A stretch of 64,000 nt of DNA from an uncultured Acidobacteriota bacterium (GTDB lineage: Bacteria; Acidobacteriota; UBA6911), in assembly GCA_963809485.1 (NCBI GenBank), contig CAWEJX010000004.1, positions 1 through 64,000 on the forward strand, read 5' to 3'. Positions 1-10,183 of this stretch are shown here, in pieces. Position numbers and translations under genes: made by a program. A model generated the notes under the pieces. The model worked only from the letters and a program-made list of their open reading frames with translations, did not search any database and was not told where the DNA came from. The stretch's first letter is position 1, and each line of letters opens with the position of its first letter.

Positions 1-594
1 AGTTCGGCCACCGCTTTGAGCGGACTCTGCTGCGACAGCGCGATGACGGTAATGGCATTCCAGTCATCCCCAATACGCAATTTCCCGCCATGGACTGAAG
101 GTTGATGTTTCAAAGAAATGAACTGCCTCATCAATAGGTTGCCATTACAAATATCATCTGAAGCTTAGAGCGCCCAGTTCCTGTTAAAAGCAGTGTGCGA
201 ACAAGAAATGGGCCGACTATGATTATGCGCCTCTCATTCTACCGTTTCCTGTTGAAATACGGATAGGCTTTTAGCGGGAAACATGAAGCGTCCCCGGTTT
301 TTGTCATATTGGGGGGGATGGCGAGGGATCTGTATCGGAAAATCGTCGAACCGCGGTCGAAAGGACTGCGGGAAGCGGTCCACGACATCAGGCACGACGC
401 CGCGCTCCCCGTCGCCTGAAGAGCCGGCATGTCCGGCGCGTTTTTATCGGAATCGGGCTAGTTATCCGGTTCTTCGCCTTCATCCGACCATTTGGGCATG
501 GCGCCGCCGGCAATCGCCTTTATCATGGCCGAATAGGACTGACTGGGCCGGGTAGGGGAAGCTCTCCATCTTCAGTTTCCGATCCCGGTCATCC

Positions 595-1458
595 TCAGAC
601 ACGGGAACCGGCTCCATAGGTATCGATATAGTCTCTGGCAGTCCGCGAAATCTCTTTCGCTCCGGAAGAAGCCTCGATTGCAGCAGCCGTGGTTTTCTCC
701 GCAACGCCCAACACCTCTTCCGACAGCGCTTCGTAATCCTTCTGGCCGATCGCTCGCCTGTCGTAATCGCCGATAGGCACTCCGTGGTCCACGGTCTCTC
801 TGAGCCGGATATTGTAGCGGATGACCGTATCGAAAACCTTGTCGTCAAATTTCTCGCGAACTCTCTTCAGCACTTCCTGGGAATAGCGTGTCCTCGCATC
901 AAACATGGTCACGAGAGCCCGGGGCGCGATCTCGTGGCCGGATGCTTTCTCGATCAGAACCATCATATCCGTCAGCTTGGCAACCCCCCGAAGGGAAAAC
1001 AGGCTCATGTCGATGGGGATGATGGCTTCCGAACTGGCGCGAAGCGCATTGAAGCACAGGTGTCCGATGCTGGGAGGGCAATCGATGATGATGAAATCAT
1101 AGGCTTTCTCCAGACGCTCGATCGCTTCCAGAAGCCTCTTTTCCCTGCCGTCCACCAGCGCCAACTCCTGCTCCACGGCGCACAATCGCGTGTCCGATGG
1201 CGCGATATCAAAGTTTTCCTTGACCGGTACGATGACGTCATCGAGCCCAACCGGCTTCGTCCGCGCCGGAGCGATCACGTGATATATGTTTTTCTCCGGA
1301 TCACACTCTACGTTGAGTCCCATCGTGGCATGGGACTGAGGATCGAGATCGATCAGCAGCACCTTCTGTCCCTTCAACGCCAGACAGGACGAAAGATTGA
1401 TGGCCGTAGTGGTTTTCCCGCATCCTCCCTTTTGATTCGCAATCGCAATGGTTCTCAT
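595..1458 (-). CDS. ParA/Soj family ATPase; the C-terminus may extend to ~460 through frameshifts
   Basis: Begins MRTIAIANQKGGCGKTTT (deviant Walker A), with LLIDLDPQ and IIIDCPP motifs; ATG at 1458 follows a purine-rich RBS-like stretch. Confidence 0.9.
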   Translation of the reverse strand: MRTIAIANQKGGCGKTTTAINLSSCLALKGQKVLLIDLDPQSHATMGLNVECDPEKNIYHVIAPARTKPVGLDDVIVPVKENFDIAPSDTRLCAVEQELALVDGREKRLLEAIERLEKAYDFIIIDCPPSIGHLCFNALRASSEAIIPIDMSLFSLRGVAKLTDMMVLIEKASGHEIAPRALVTMFDARTRYSQEVLKRVREKFDDKVFDTVIRYNIRLRETVDHGVPIGDYDRRAIGQKDYEALSEEVLGVAEKTTAAAIEASSGAKEISRTARDYIDTYGAGSRV

Positions 1459-1580
1459 TCGCTCTCCTTTTCCACTTCCGCTTTGTGAAAAATGACGGAC
1501 CGCGCAATACGCGTCTATGATTGCGGCTATTTCCCGGATTCCCAATGCCATTTCCCGCTGAATGCTGCCGATGAACTGTC

Positions 1581-2207
1581 TCAGGCACGATCAAAGAGGA
1601 TCCCGATCCCTCCCGGCATCGCTACGGTGCGATAGACAAAGCAGCAGACCTTCGGGCTCGTGCTGCGTTGGGCGACACATTTGAGCAAGGGAGAAAAACC
1701 CGGGGCGACAAGAAACAGCCTTGGTTCGGCGGAGAAGTTTATTACGCGTCCCTGATACATGCGCCGGACAATCGACGTATTGCGGACAATCCAGTCAGAA
1801 CAGGCAATTCCACGAAGGATCGATTCGTCCTGCTGGACGACATCGGCGTTTATGATGCAAAGCTGATCCAGGCTGTCCACCGCCACCAGATCGATGCAGC
1901 CAAACGGATCGCAGGGAATATTTGCATCAATCGTGCGCAGGCCCTCTTCGAGGACAGCCGGAATTGTGTTCAGAAATCCCAGCATCAGCTCTCGACTGAC
2001 ATTCGGAGAGTTATGCAGCAGGAAGGGCACCCTGGATGGAGCCCCTTCAGAAGTAGCTTGCGCAGGCGCAATGTCGAGAGGTTTCGCCTTTTCGGTCGGT
2101 CTGTCCGGCGATTGCGAGAGAAACAGGTGGGAAATTTCCTCCAGGTCTCGAGCCGGCCGCAGTTCGGTTCGACGGTTCTCCTCGAGGGAGGTCTCTGCCG
2201 TATTCAT
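1581..2207 (-). CDS. Hypothetical protein with an N-terminal DLEEISHLFLS motif and a degenerate PD-(D/E)XK/NucS-like C-terminal domain
   Basis: ~208-aa ORF co-directional with parA; IDLVAVDSLDQLCII resembles a nuclease core lacking the E-x-K residues. Confidence 0.6.
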   Translation of the reverse strand: MNTAETSLEENRRTELRPARDLEEISHLFLSQSPDRPTEKAKPLDIAPAQATSEGAPSRVPFLLHNSPNVSRELMLGFLNTIPAVLEEGLRTIDANIPCDPFGCIDLVAVDSLDQLCIINADVVQQDESILRGIACSDWIVRNTSIVRRMYQGRVINFSAEPRLFLVAPGFSPLLKCVAQRSTSPKVCCFVYRTVAMPGGIGILFDRA

Positions 2208-2568
2208 TAGCTGCGGATCCAAGTTATCAGGACCAAGCGCGGATGCGCGAAAAATGGTTCAAGTCACCGGCTATCGGCATCGAATTCAGTCACGGCGCCA
2301 CAATGAACCGAATGAAAAAACTCAATACTGCTAGTCAATTAGCTCGATTGCCGATACCGGTTCCATCTTAGCAGCAAAATCGGGAAAAACAACTATTGGT
2401 TGGTGTAAAAATGGTATGGGCCCCTATATGTCGTGGTGGAGCCCGACCTTATTCCGAATCCCTCCTCTTCCCGGATGCAGAGAATCAACGGCCCCATGCA
2501 CATTCATGAAGGATTCGCAGCGAGGCGGCGCAGACGAACGCGGATCCGCAACCGCAGTAGAAATTTCC

Positions 2569-2720
2569 GTAGAGTCGAGGATGGGCGCGGTACCCGCCCA
2601 AACGGCGACTCCGTTTCCTATCCACGTCCGGCGCGCCGCAATTGGCTCGTGCACATTTGTATGCGTGGGCCAGCTTGTCTTCGCGATAGATCTTGTCGTA
2701 AAGCAGGTAGAAGTGGGCCC
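2569..2720 (-). mobile_element. Internally deleted group II intron remnant (RT N-terminus joined to domain VI/3' end)
   Basis: Minus strand encodes FYLLYDKIYREDKLAHAYKCARANCGAPDVD (LtrA RT0-like), followed directly by GGAAACGGAG...ACCGCGCCCATCCTCGACTCTAC, a typical intron 3' end. Confidence 0.75.
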
Positions 2721-2773
2721 TGCGGTATGGGCGCATTTACTACTGCAGACAGAGTTTGGAGAGGGGACGCCTG

Positions 2774-3910
2774 CTATCCTTGAAGACGCATTTCAGACAG
2801 CCAATTTTGAGCTATACGAATTTCCACGGCATCCGGATAGGTTTTTTCGCGCTTGAGCTCCTTCACAACCTGGATTTTTTTCGTACCGGAAAGATACTTC
2901 TCGAAGAAGGAAAAATTGGGACTTCGCTCCGCATCGCTCCATTTCACTTCAAGCATCAACGCAGGTTTCTCGTTCTTTGTAATAAGGAAATCAATCTCCC
3001 TGCCATCCTTGTTTTTCAGGAAATACAGGTTCCATTTCTCGCCCAGGCAATCCTCGCGGAAATGCATTTCCTTGAGCAGCGCGCAGGCGACAAGATTTTC
3101 CAGCCTCATGCCCGGTTCATTGTGAACCTGGCCGGTATCAAAAAAGTAATATTTGGGTGCTTTAAGAATGGATCTGGAAATGCTGCGATGAAAAGGAGGA
3201 ACCTTAAAAACGACATAGAGCCTCTCCAATATCGTCAGCCATCGCTTGATGGTTTTGTCCGAACACTGAAGATCTTCCGCCAAAGAGTTATAAGATATTG
3301 GACTTCCGACTTTTTTCTTTAAAAGCTGAATCAGGGTTTCAATGGATATTATTTGATGCACATTTTCGAGATCGATCAAATCCTGCTTCAGAATAATATC
3401 CAGATGACTCCTTTTCCAGCGATTGTAATAGGATTCGTCATTCTCAAAATAGGGTTCAGGAAATCCACCGAGCGTTAAGAGTCTGTCGAATTTTCCCTCG
3501 AGGTTATCGGGCCCCAGCCCTCCTTTTATTTCCTTGAGGTCAAGGGGATGAAGCCGGAATTCAAAAAATCTTCCGGCAAGGGAGTCCCCCACCTTTTTGT
3601 AGGCGTCCAGTTTGGCGCTTCCGGTTACAATGAGGGCCGGTGGAATCTTTTCGGTATCGTATATGCCCTTGAGCCATGATTTCCAGTTCTTCATCTTATG
3701 GAGTTCGTCAAATATGACGAGCGGTTTGGCTCGATCCCAGGACTTCTCCATCAGACTCAGGCGGTGCTCGGCGTTATCATAATTGAAATAATCAAAGCTT
3801 TTATCGAGCATTTGCGCCAAAGTTGTTTTGCCCGTCTGACGGGGGCCGGTCAGCAGGACGATTTTTCTTTTGAGATCTTTCCGGATGAAATCTTCTATGG
3901 ATCGCTTCAT
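2774..3910 (-). CDS. AAA_14 ATPase with DUF4143 and C-terminal PD-(D/E)XK-like domain
   Basis: GPRQTGKTT Walker A, IFDELH Walker B, TGSA, LAGR, GGFPEP, PKYYFFDTG, EIDF...EVK. Confidence 0.9.
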   Translation of the reverse strand: MKRSIEDFIRKDLKRKIVLLTGPRQTGKTTLAQMLDKSFDYFNYDNAEHRLSLMEKSWDRAKPLVIFDELHKMKNWKSWLKGIYDTEKIPPALIVTGSAKLDAYKKVGDSLAGRFFEFRLHPLDLKEIKGGLGPDNLEGKFDRLLTLGGFPEPYFENDESYYNRWKRSHLDIILKQDLIDLENVHQIISIETLIQLLKKKVGSPISYNSLAEDLQCSDKTIKRWLTILERLYVVFKVPPFHRSISRSILKAPKYYFFDTGQVHNEPGMRLENLVACALLKEMHFREDCLGEKWNLYFLKNKDGREIDFLITKNEKPALMLEVKWSDAERSPNFSFFEKYLSGTKKIQVVKELKREKTYPDAVEIRIAQNWLSEMRLQG

Positions 3911-3926
3911 TCGGCTATTCTACCCT

Positions 3927-3960
3927 GCACTCCGGAATAGTCAAGACTATTCCGGAGTGC
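3927..3960. promoter_or_regulatory. Perfect 16-bp inverted repeat just upstream of the AAA/DUF4143 gene
   Basis: GCACTCCGGAATAGTC-AA-GACTATTCCGGAGTGC. Confidence 0.6.
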
Positions 3961-4485
3961 GCACCGTAATGGACAAATAGGGGGCCGTCTCCTGCGGACT
4001 TGGGAAGAGATTCTACGGATTTTTGGGTTGACCTCACGCACCCTCAGCAGGATAGAGGTGGCAGGTACGAGCAATAAAACATGCCCGATCTACTGCAATG
4101 GTGATACCCATAATGAATCATCTCGGAGCTTGGGATAAGCAGCCTTGCTGGCTCTTGCGGTTAAGACCCTGGATCCGAGTTCAGGTAAGAATAGAACTGG
4201 TATTATGGTCAGAGCGAAAGCTATGCCTGCAAGGCCGAACAACAGTCGACCGGTCGCACCTGCCGGTGGTGCAATGATGAAAGCTGGGCCAGAACAGCTC
4301 CGAGCACCTGCAATGTAGAAATGATACCGCCGGCGCTGTCCTATTCTGGTGTAGAATCACACCCCAGGTTTACAATAGTTACCATCCGTATAGGCGTACT
4401 ATGTTTTTGCATGACTGACGCGGGCAATGGCGTCCCGTATCGGCCGACGCCACATTGGCAAATTACAAACACGAGAGGCGGTACA

Positions 4486-5412
4486 ATGAACAAATACAGG
4501 ATCATTGCTTTCTGGGCGGTGATTGCATTTACAGGTTACGCCGTATTCGGTCAAAGCGGAGCGCAATCTGGCAAGAGCAATGGCTCATCATTGAAGGCCG
4601 GACAGACATTTCGCGATTGTCGCTCCTGTCCGGAAATGGTGGTGATTCCACCGGGTTCCTTTATCATGGGAACGCCCAAAGACGAAGAATTTCGACGCGA
4701 TCATGAAGTCCAACACAAGGTCAACATTGCGTATAAATTTGCCGTGAGTAAAACGGAAGTGACCTGGGATCAATGGGAAGCTTGTGTGCAAGACGGTGCG
4801 TGCGACGGCGTGGCTGTTGAGAATGCCCTGCGGCTCGATCGTGATGGAAAGCCCGACAAGGATTTCAAGGACTGGGGACGAGGCACGCGGCCGGTCGTCG
4901 GAGTATGTTGGTATGATGCAAAGGCGTATGTCGGATGGCTCAATAAAAAAACCGGCAGTGCCGATGCCTATAGATTGTTGTCCGAAGCCGAATGGGAATA
5001 CGCCGCGCGCGGCGGCACCACCACGGCGTTTCCTTGGGGTGATAAACTAGACCACAATTACGGAAACTTCGGCATTCCCGGTCCGGGGCTAGGCGGCAAA
5101 GCCGAAGGGCGCGATGTCTGGCTGGAAGAGACATCGCCAGTTGCTTCATTTCCGCCGAATCCGTTCGGTCTATACGATATGCATGGCAATTGTTTCGAGT
5201 GGGTGGAAGACTGTTATCTTGCGGATCTTACCAATTCCCCTGCCGATGGTTCGGCCAACAAGCAAGGCACCTGCAATTCGCGCATGTTCCGCTCGGGATC
5301 CTTTATCAGCAATCCTGTAATGCACCGATCGGGCAATCGCGTACGCGGTTATGTGCCGACGACGCGCGGCCGCAACTATCTTACAATTCGCGTTGCGAAG
5401 ACGCTTGAATAA
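4486..5412 (+). CDS. Formylglycine-generating enzyme (SUMF1/FGE-sulfatase) family protein with signal peptide
   Basis: CPEMVVIPPGSFIMG, RLLSEAEWEYAARGG, NPFGLYDMHGN motifs; RBS GAGG before ATG. Confidence 0.9.
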   Translation: MNKYRIIAFWAVIAFTGYAVFGQSGAQSGKSNGSSLKAGQTFRDCRSCPEMVVIPPGSFIMGTPKDEEFRRDHEVQHKVNIAYKFAVSKTEVTWDQWEACVQDGACDGVAVENALRLDRDGKPDKDFKDWGRGTRPVVGVCWYDAKAYVGWLNKKTGSADAYRLLSEAEWEYAARGGTTTAFPWGDKLDHNYGNFGIPGPGLGGKAEGRDVWLEETSPVASFPPNPFGLYDMHGNCFEWVEDCYLADLTNSPADGSANKQGTCNSRMFRSGSFISNPVMHRSGNRVRGYVPTTRGRNYLTIRVAKTLE

Positions 5413-5499
5413 AGGCTGAGAAGTCAAGGTCCGCAAGAAACCCATGGAACTCTTCGGCTTATCAAGTTCCCCGATTTCCAATGCCCGTATGGTGAAATT

Positions 5500-5650
5500 T
5501 CTCAGATGTCGATCAACTCTGGAGCGTGTCCCTCTAATGGCCACGGACGGATTTGCTTTTTATGCGAAAGCTCTCCGCCGTGTCTTTGGGCAAGCGTGTT
5601 TGTATGGCCAGGTCATTAAGACCCGCAGGAACGATTGTGTTATCAAGTTG
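5500..5650 (+). pseudogene. IS1-family-like transposase fragment
   Basis: PLMATDGFAFY...VFGQACLYGQVIKTRRND resembles an IS1-type DDE region; no start, truncated. Confidence 0.5.
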
Positions 5651-5832
5651 TCAATCGGCGGACCGCCCATCGCGGCCATTTGATCGAGAACAATCTTCGC
5701 TTGCGCATCTAAAGCCATCATAACCTCCAGAACGGGCCCGTTAGTCCCGTAAGCATCCTCCCGAACTGGGTAATTGAGCGCCTGTCACCGCTTTTGGAAA
5801 AACTCGTGCCATCGGTCCGGGCCACTAGCGCT

Positions 5833-6868
5833 TCAGTTCCAGCGGAACCAGCGGAGCGTGCAGGCGTAAGAGATGCCGCCCCAGGCGGCAATGACCGCCA
5901 GTCGATACAATTGCGAGGCTAACGATGCGCCTTCCAGAATGACGGCGCGCAGAGCATCGTTAAATTGCGTCAAAGGAAGAGCCTGAATAAATACCTGCAA
6001 AAAATCCGGGAAACGCTCCGTCGAGAAAAAGACGCCCGAAAGCAGCCACATCGGCATCATGATCACGTTCATTATTCCCGATACTGTTTCCAGCTTCCGT
6101 GCCCGGCAGGCCGCCAGCAAACCCAATCCGGTGAAGGCAAGCGTTCCGAGCAGCGACAGAATAAGAATTGAGAAAACATTTCCTCGAATTGGGAATCCAA
6201 ACAGAATCACGCCGGCGCCCAGAATGACGATGAGCTCGGGCACCATGAATACCAGACGGCCGCCCAGCGCAGACCAAAGGAAATGAGATCTCTTCATCGG
6301 CGTTGCCACAAACCGCTTGAGCAGTTTTCGCACCCGCATATCTACGATGACATAGCCGACCGCCCACATGCTGCCCGCCAGCAGATTCATGCCGATCAGC
6401 CCGGGGATGAGGAAATCAATGTACCGCGCTCCCGGCTCCGTGACGTGCCGATCCGATGTCGAAAGAGGATCGATCCGGCCGGCCGCGCGCTGGAGTACGT
6501 CGTCGACCCGCTGGCGGGCGAGAACGCTTTCGGGGCGGGTTGGATCAAAAAGGAAGGTCACTTTGGGGCCCGGAATGACGACCAGCGCGGATTTGCCCAG
6601 CCGCAAACGATCCATGCACTCCTGCTGCGGGTGGATCGCGACGACGAAATCGGGCGGCTTGCGCAAATTCTTCGCGACCTCTTCAGCCGCAGCGTTCTGC
6701 TGGATATCGACGAACACGCGTTCGACCGGACGATTGCGAAACGCAATGCCCAGACCGATGGACGAGCAACACCGGAAATGCATAAACCCAGAAAATCGTC
6801 TCCGGCTCGCGGAAGAATTCCCGAAGCCTCGCTTTCAAAAGCTCATTAAATGGATGATAGTTCGTCAT
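5833..6868 (-). CDS. ABC-2 type exporter permease (frameshift near 6765)
   Basis: N-terminal REFFREPETIFWVYAFP in one frame; RYIDFLIPG, LLSGVFF and LPLT in another. Confidence 0.85.
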
Positions 6869-7817
6869 CGCGCAGATGTCTTCCTGTCAGATTTACAAAG
6901 ACGTCTTCAAGGCTTGCGTTGCGTGTGGACAGTCGCGCCAAGGTGAGGTTGCGCGACTGCAGATGCTGAAGCAAAGCCGGAATTGCGATGTGCGGTTCGC
7001 TGACCGTCAGGGCGATTCCATTGCCGTCGATTCGGGCCTCTTTTGTCGCCGGAAGTTTTGCGAATTCATCGTTCGACGCGATGCTTGAGCCGGCAAGGCC
7101 GAACTCGACGATGTGTTCGCCTCCGAGGCCGGCTATCAGTTCCGCAGGAGATCCCAGGGCGATGATGTTGCCATGATCTATGACCGCCACTCTGTTGCAC
7201 AAACGCTCGGCTTCATCCATGTAATGTGTTGTGAGAAGAACGGTGCGCCCCTCTCCCTGCAATTTGCGAATGATATCCCACAGGTGGCGCCGGGATTGAG
7301 GATCCAATCCGGTTGTAGGCTCATCCAGGAACAGAAGAAGCGGATCCCCTACCAGCGCACAGGCGACGGCGAGCCGCTGACGCTGACCGCCCGAAAGCTT
7401 CCCGACCCACGATTTGGCTTTTTCACCCAAACCGACAGCCGCCATGACTTCATCGGGCGGGTGTCCGTTGCGATAAAAACTGCGGAAAAGGACCAGCGTC
7501 TCAAACACAGTGAGCTTTTCGGTAAACCGCGTTTCCTGGAGCGAGATCCCTATCTTTTGGCGCAACTCGCTGTCATTCCGGCCCCAGCGCATGCCGAGGA
7601 TTTCCACATCACCGGCGGTGGGACGCAGGAGACCTTCGAAGATCTCGATCATGGTTGTTTTGCCTGCGCCGTTGGGGCCCAGGAGCCCGAAGCATTCGCC
7701 GCGATGGATTTCGAGATCCACGCCGTTTACGGCATCCACGATCCCTCCGCGGCCCTTGTATTGTTTGCGCAAGCCGCGGCAGGCGATTACGGATTCCGAG
7801 GAAGAGGACCCTTTCAT
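6846..7817 (-). CDS. ABC transporter ATP-binding protein
   Basis: GPNGAGKTT, LSGGQ, LFLDEPT, TTH. Confidence 0.95.
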   Translation of the reverse strand: MKGSSSSESVIACRGLRKQYKGRGGIVDAVNGVDLEIHRGECFGLLGPNGAGKTTMIEIFEGLLRPTAGDVEILGMRWGRNDSELRQKIGISLQETRFTEKLTVFETLVLFRSFYRNGHPPDEVMAAVGLGEKAKSWVGKLSGGQRQRLAVACALVGDPLLLFLDEPTTGLDPQSRRHLWDIIRKLQGEGRTVLLTTHYMDEAERLCNRVAVIDHGNIIALGSPAELIAGLGGEHIVEFGLAGSSIASNDEFAKLPATKEARIDGNGIALTVSEPHIAIPALLQHLQSRNLTLARLSTRNASLEDVFVNLTGRHLRDDELSSI

Positions 7818-7999
7818 TCCGTCACCCTGGCGAAAAACATGATGATTCAAGCTGCCTGCCCAAAAAGTGCTGGCCCGACCAAGATATCGTGAAGGTCGGC
7901 TTGTAGGAACTTAGCATAATTCCCGCTCTCTGTCATTCGGGCGCGCCGGCGCAAAATGGTCCGTTCACCTGCGGATGGAGGGCATCGATCATTCAAACA

Positions 8000-8072
8000 A
8001 AAGGGGACAGTCACTAGTGTCCCCATGTGTTTTCCGGCCGACAGAAAAAGGGACACTGGAGACTGTCCCCCC
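8000..8072. repeat. REP-like palindrome doublet, GGGGACAGTCACCAGTGTCCCC family
   Basis: Two inverted copies, at 8003-8024 and 8050-8072. Confidence 0.75.
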
Positions 8073-8088
8073 TTAGCCTCCCTGCGCT

Positions 8089-8235
8089 ATGGCTAACACA
8101 CCCTTGCATCAACGAATGAATGAAGACATGCCGGTGCGAAACATCAGTGCTAAGACTATCGGGATCTACATCGATGCGCCTGCAAAATGTGCGCAATTTT
8201 TTCATAAGTCCCCTGACCTGCTTGGTCCCGAGCGG
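8089..8235 (+). pseudogene. N-terminal fragment of a tyrosine recombinase (phage integrase SAM-like domain)
   Basis: TPLHQRMNEDMPVRNISAKT...FHKSPDLLGPE matches the common TPLRQRMIEDM...SPDQLGPE N-terminus. Confidence 0.65.
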
Positions 8236-8258
8236 CAATCGGCGATGCTACAACCGAA

Positions 8259-8492
8259 TCACCGCAGCAATTCCAGAAATTCTTCAATGGAAACGTCTGC
8301 CTGCCTTAGGATGCTCTTAAGTGTTCCTTGGGGCAGGTCTTTGTCGTGAATGGGGATGGTGATCCTGAGGTCCGGGCGAGTGGCAGGGAACAGCCGGGCG
8401 TGGCTGCCGGTTTGATGGTCTATATAAAAACCGGCTCTCTGCGAGGCTCTGAGACAATCTCCGGCTTTTACGACAGGAAGGGCCGGTGACAT
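8259..8492 (-). CDS. hicA: HicA family toxin
   Basis: 77 aa with GF..HQTGSH, ITIPIH, DLPQGTLKSILRQA. Confidence 0.9.
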   Translation of the reverse strand: MSPALPVVKAGDCLRASQRAGFYIDHQTGSHARLFPATRPDLRITIPIHDKDLPQGTLKSILRQADVSIEEFLELLR

Positions 8493-8501
8493 AGATCCGA
8501 G

Positions 8502-8726
8502 CTATAGGGAAACAGCCAATCGTTCAGTTCTTGGTTCGGCGTCCGTGGGAATCGGTTCGCCGTGTTTAAGGGCGCTTTCCAGGTAGCAGCGGATGGCATC
8601 CTCAGCCATTGCTCGGGCTTCCTTTAGCGTCTCGCCAAAAGTGCATATTTCGGGAATTGCCGGCACAATGACGTTGTATCCGTCTTCCTGCGCCTCAAAT
8701 AAAACCGTGTATTGGTACTGCTTCAC
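8502..8726 (-). CDS. hicB: HicB family antitoxin (short form)
   Basis: YTVLFE..EDGYNVIVPAIPEICTFGETLKEA..MAEDAI; GTG start with GGAGG RBS. Confidence 0.9.
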   Translation of the reverse strand: MKQYQYTVLFEAQEDGYNVIVPAIPEICTFGETLKEARAMAEDAIRCYLESALKHGEPIPTDAEPRTERLAVSL

Positions 8727-8876
8727 GGATCCTCCTTGAACCATTTTTTCGCTTCGCCTTTTCATAGATTCTGCTCTTTAGGATAGCCAAGATGGAATCC
8801 GCGGTCAATCAGCGGTGATCCGATTGGTCATCGATTGAAAGTGGCATTCGGGACGGCCACCAGCTTCCCCATTAGC

Positions 8877-9788
8877 TCATTTCCCCGTATCCAAACCCCA
8901 AATTTTGAACATTTTTTTGTAATGATCCGGCTGGATAAAATCAGGCCTCATATCATACGTCAGATGCGAATAGCCGAATTTCATTTCTTCGAAATGCTTT
9001 AGCCCCGCTACCAATGTCTGGATTTTTTTGCCCGGGACAGAAAAGATTAGTTCTTCTTCTGCGGGCATGGCCCGGATCTGTTCACCGGAATCCGGCACCG
9101 TAATGCGGAACTCGCCGGTTAACATGGTGGGAACGATGGAAAAAACACAAGACCGAAGAGGATCAAATTCAGATCTCATGAGAATCCCATCTTTATATTT
9201 CACAGCGAACAAAAGGCTTCTCAATTGAGCCGGATTGCAGTACACAAGCACCACATCAGGATCGAAAACGGCATTCTTTAATGGTGCGGATAGAACCCCT
9301 ATGTACTTGCCATACTCAAAGCTGGGAGACGCTTTCTCCAGATTCCTCGAGGCTTCCTGGTTTTCGACCATGGAGGGGAAACCCACATAATCTTCAGGCG
9401 GCTTTACCATCCCGTACCCCGACATCGGCGCCGGACACCAGTTGTCTTCTTTCAGCATTGCCAGGGTCATCTTCTGCCGCCGCGACATTGCAAACGCCTG
9501 GCATTGGGCAAGATGGATTCCCTGATCTTTTTTAGGCCGGATTGCGCCTTTGGGAATGTCCGCTTCCTTCTGCAGCATTTTGACTGCGATGGGAGAGGTT
9601 CTCAGTATCAGCATCCTTTCCAGTTCTTCGCCCCATTTAGTGAACTCAGTGATTGTTGAGGCGGGTTTCGCTTCCTGCGGGCTGGAGGCCGATGCTTTTT
9701 CCGGGAAAATCGCGTTCCCTGCGGCCCCCAATGCCGCAGTGCTCATTCCCAGCTTCATAGCCTCACGTCGAGAGTATCGGTTTTTCAA
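8877..9788 (-). CDS. DUF169 family protein with Tat signal peptide
   Basis: SRREAMK twin-arginine motif; SPIAVK, CQAFAMSRR and DPDVVLVYCNPAQL motifs. Confidence 0.75.
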   Translation of the reverse strand: MKNRYSRREAMKLGMSTAALGAAGNAIFPEKASASSPQEAKPASTITEFTKWGEELERMLILRTSPIAVKMLQKEADIPKGAIRPKKDQGIHLAQCQAFAMSRRQKMTLAMLKEDNWCPAPMSGYGMVKPPEDYVGFPSMVENQEASRNLEKASPSFEYGKYIGVLSAPLKNAVFDPDVVLVYCNPAQLRSLLFAVKYKDGILMRSEFDPLRSCVFSIVPTMLTGEFRITVPDSGEQIRAMPAEEELIFSVPGKKIQTLVAGLKHFEEMKFGYSHLTYDMRPDFIQPDHYKKMFKIWGLDTGK

Positions 9789-10183
9789 GGGAATCTCCTC
9801 CTATGCTAATAAACTGAATTAGGCAGCCTGAGCGTGTTTTGAGCTGTGAAACAAACAAACTATTCCAAACTATTGACAGTGACCCAATAGGACATATCAA
9901 TCAGCGGCGGATATGCGAAACATGGTCGCGCGGATGACTCCTGATAGTTTCAATGGACGTCGACCGGGAGCCCCGCGCCCTGCAACGAGCGCATTTTTTA
10001 TCAGGCTTGGCGCTTCTCAAAACGGATTTGACAGCACGCATATGGCATCCGCATTGTACAATTGGAGGGCGATATTAAGAAGCTATTTAGACATGCTTCG
10101 CAGCCGATTCATATCCCGCCCTCAAAAGAGCCTGGAAGCTCCGGTTTTTTCGGATTTTGCCTATCAGAAGGAGATAGAAGGAG

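Noticed and set aside
2485-2736. Retron or DGR reverse transcriptase system
   Set aside because: Only ~30 codons of RT N-terminus with no YADD; a group II intron 3' end explains it, and no template/variable repeat pair was seen
4230-4320. Integron attC site
   Set aside because: No convincing RYYYAAC...GTTRRRY pairing and no integrase or cassette array
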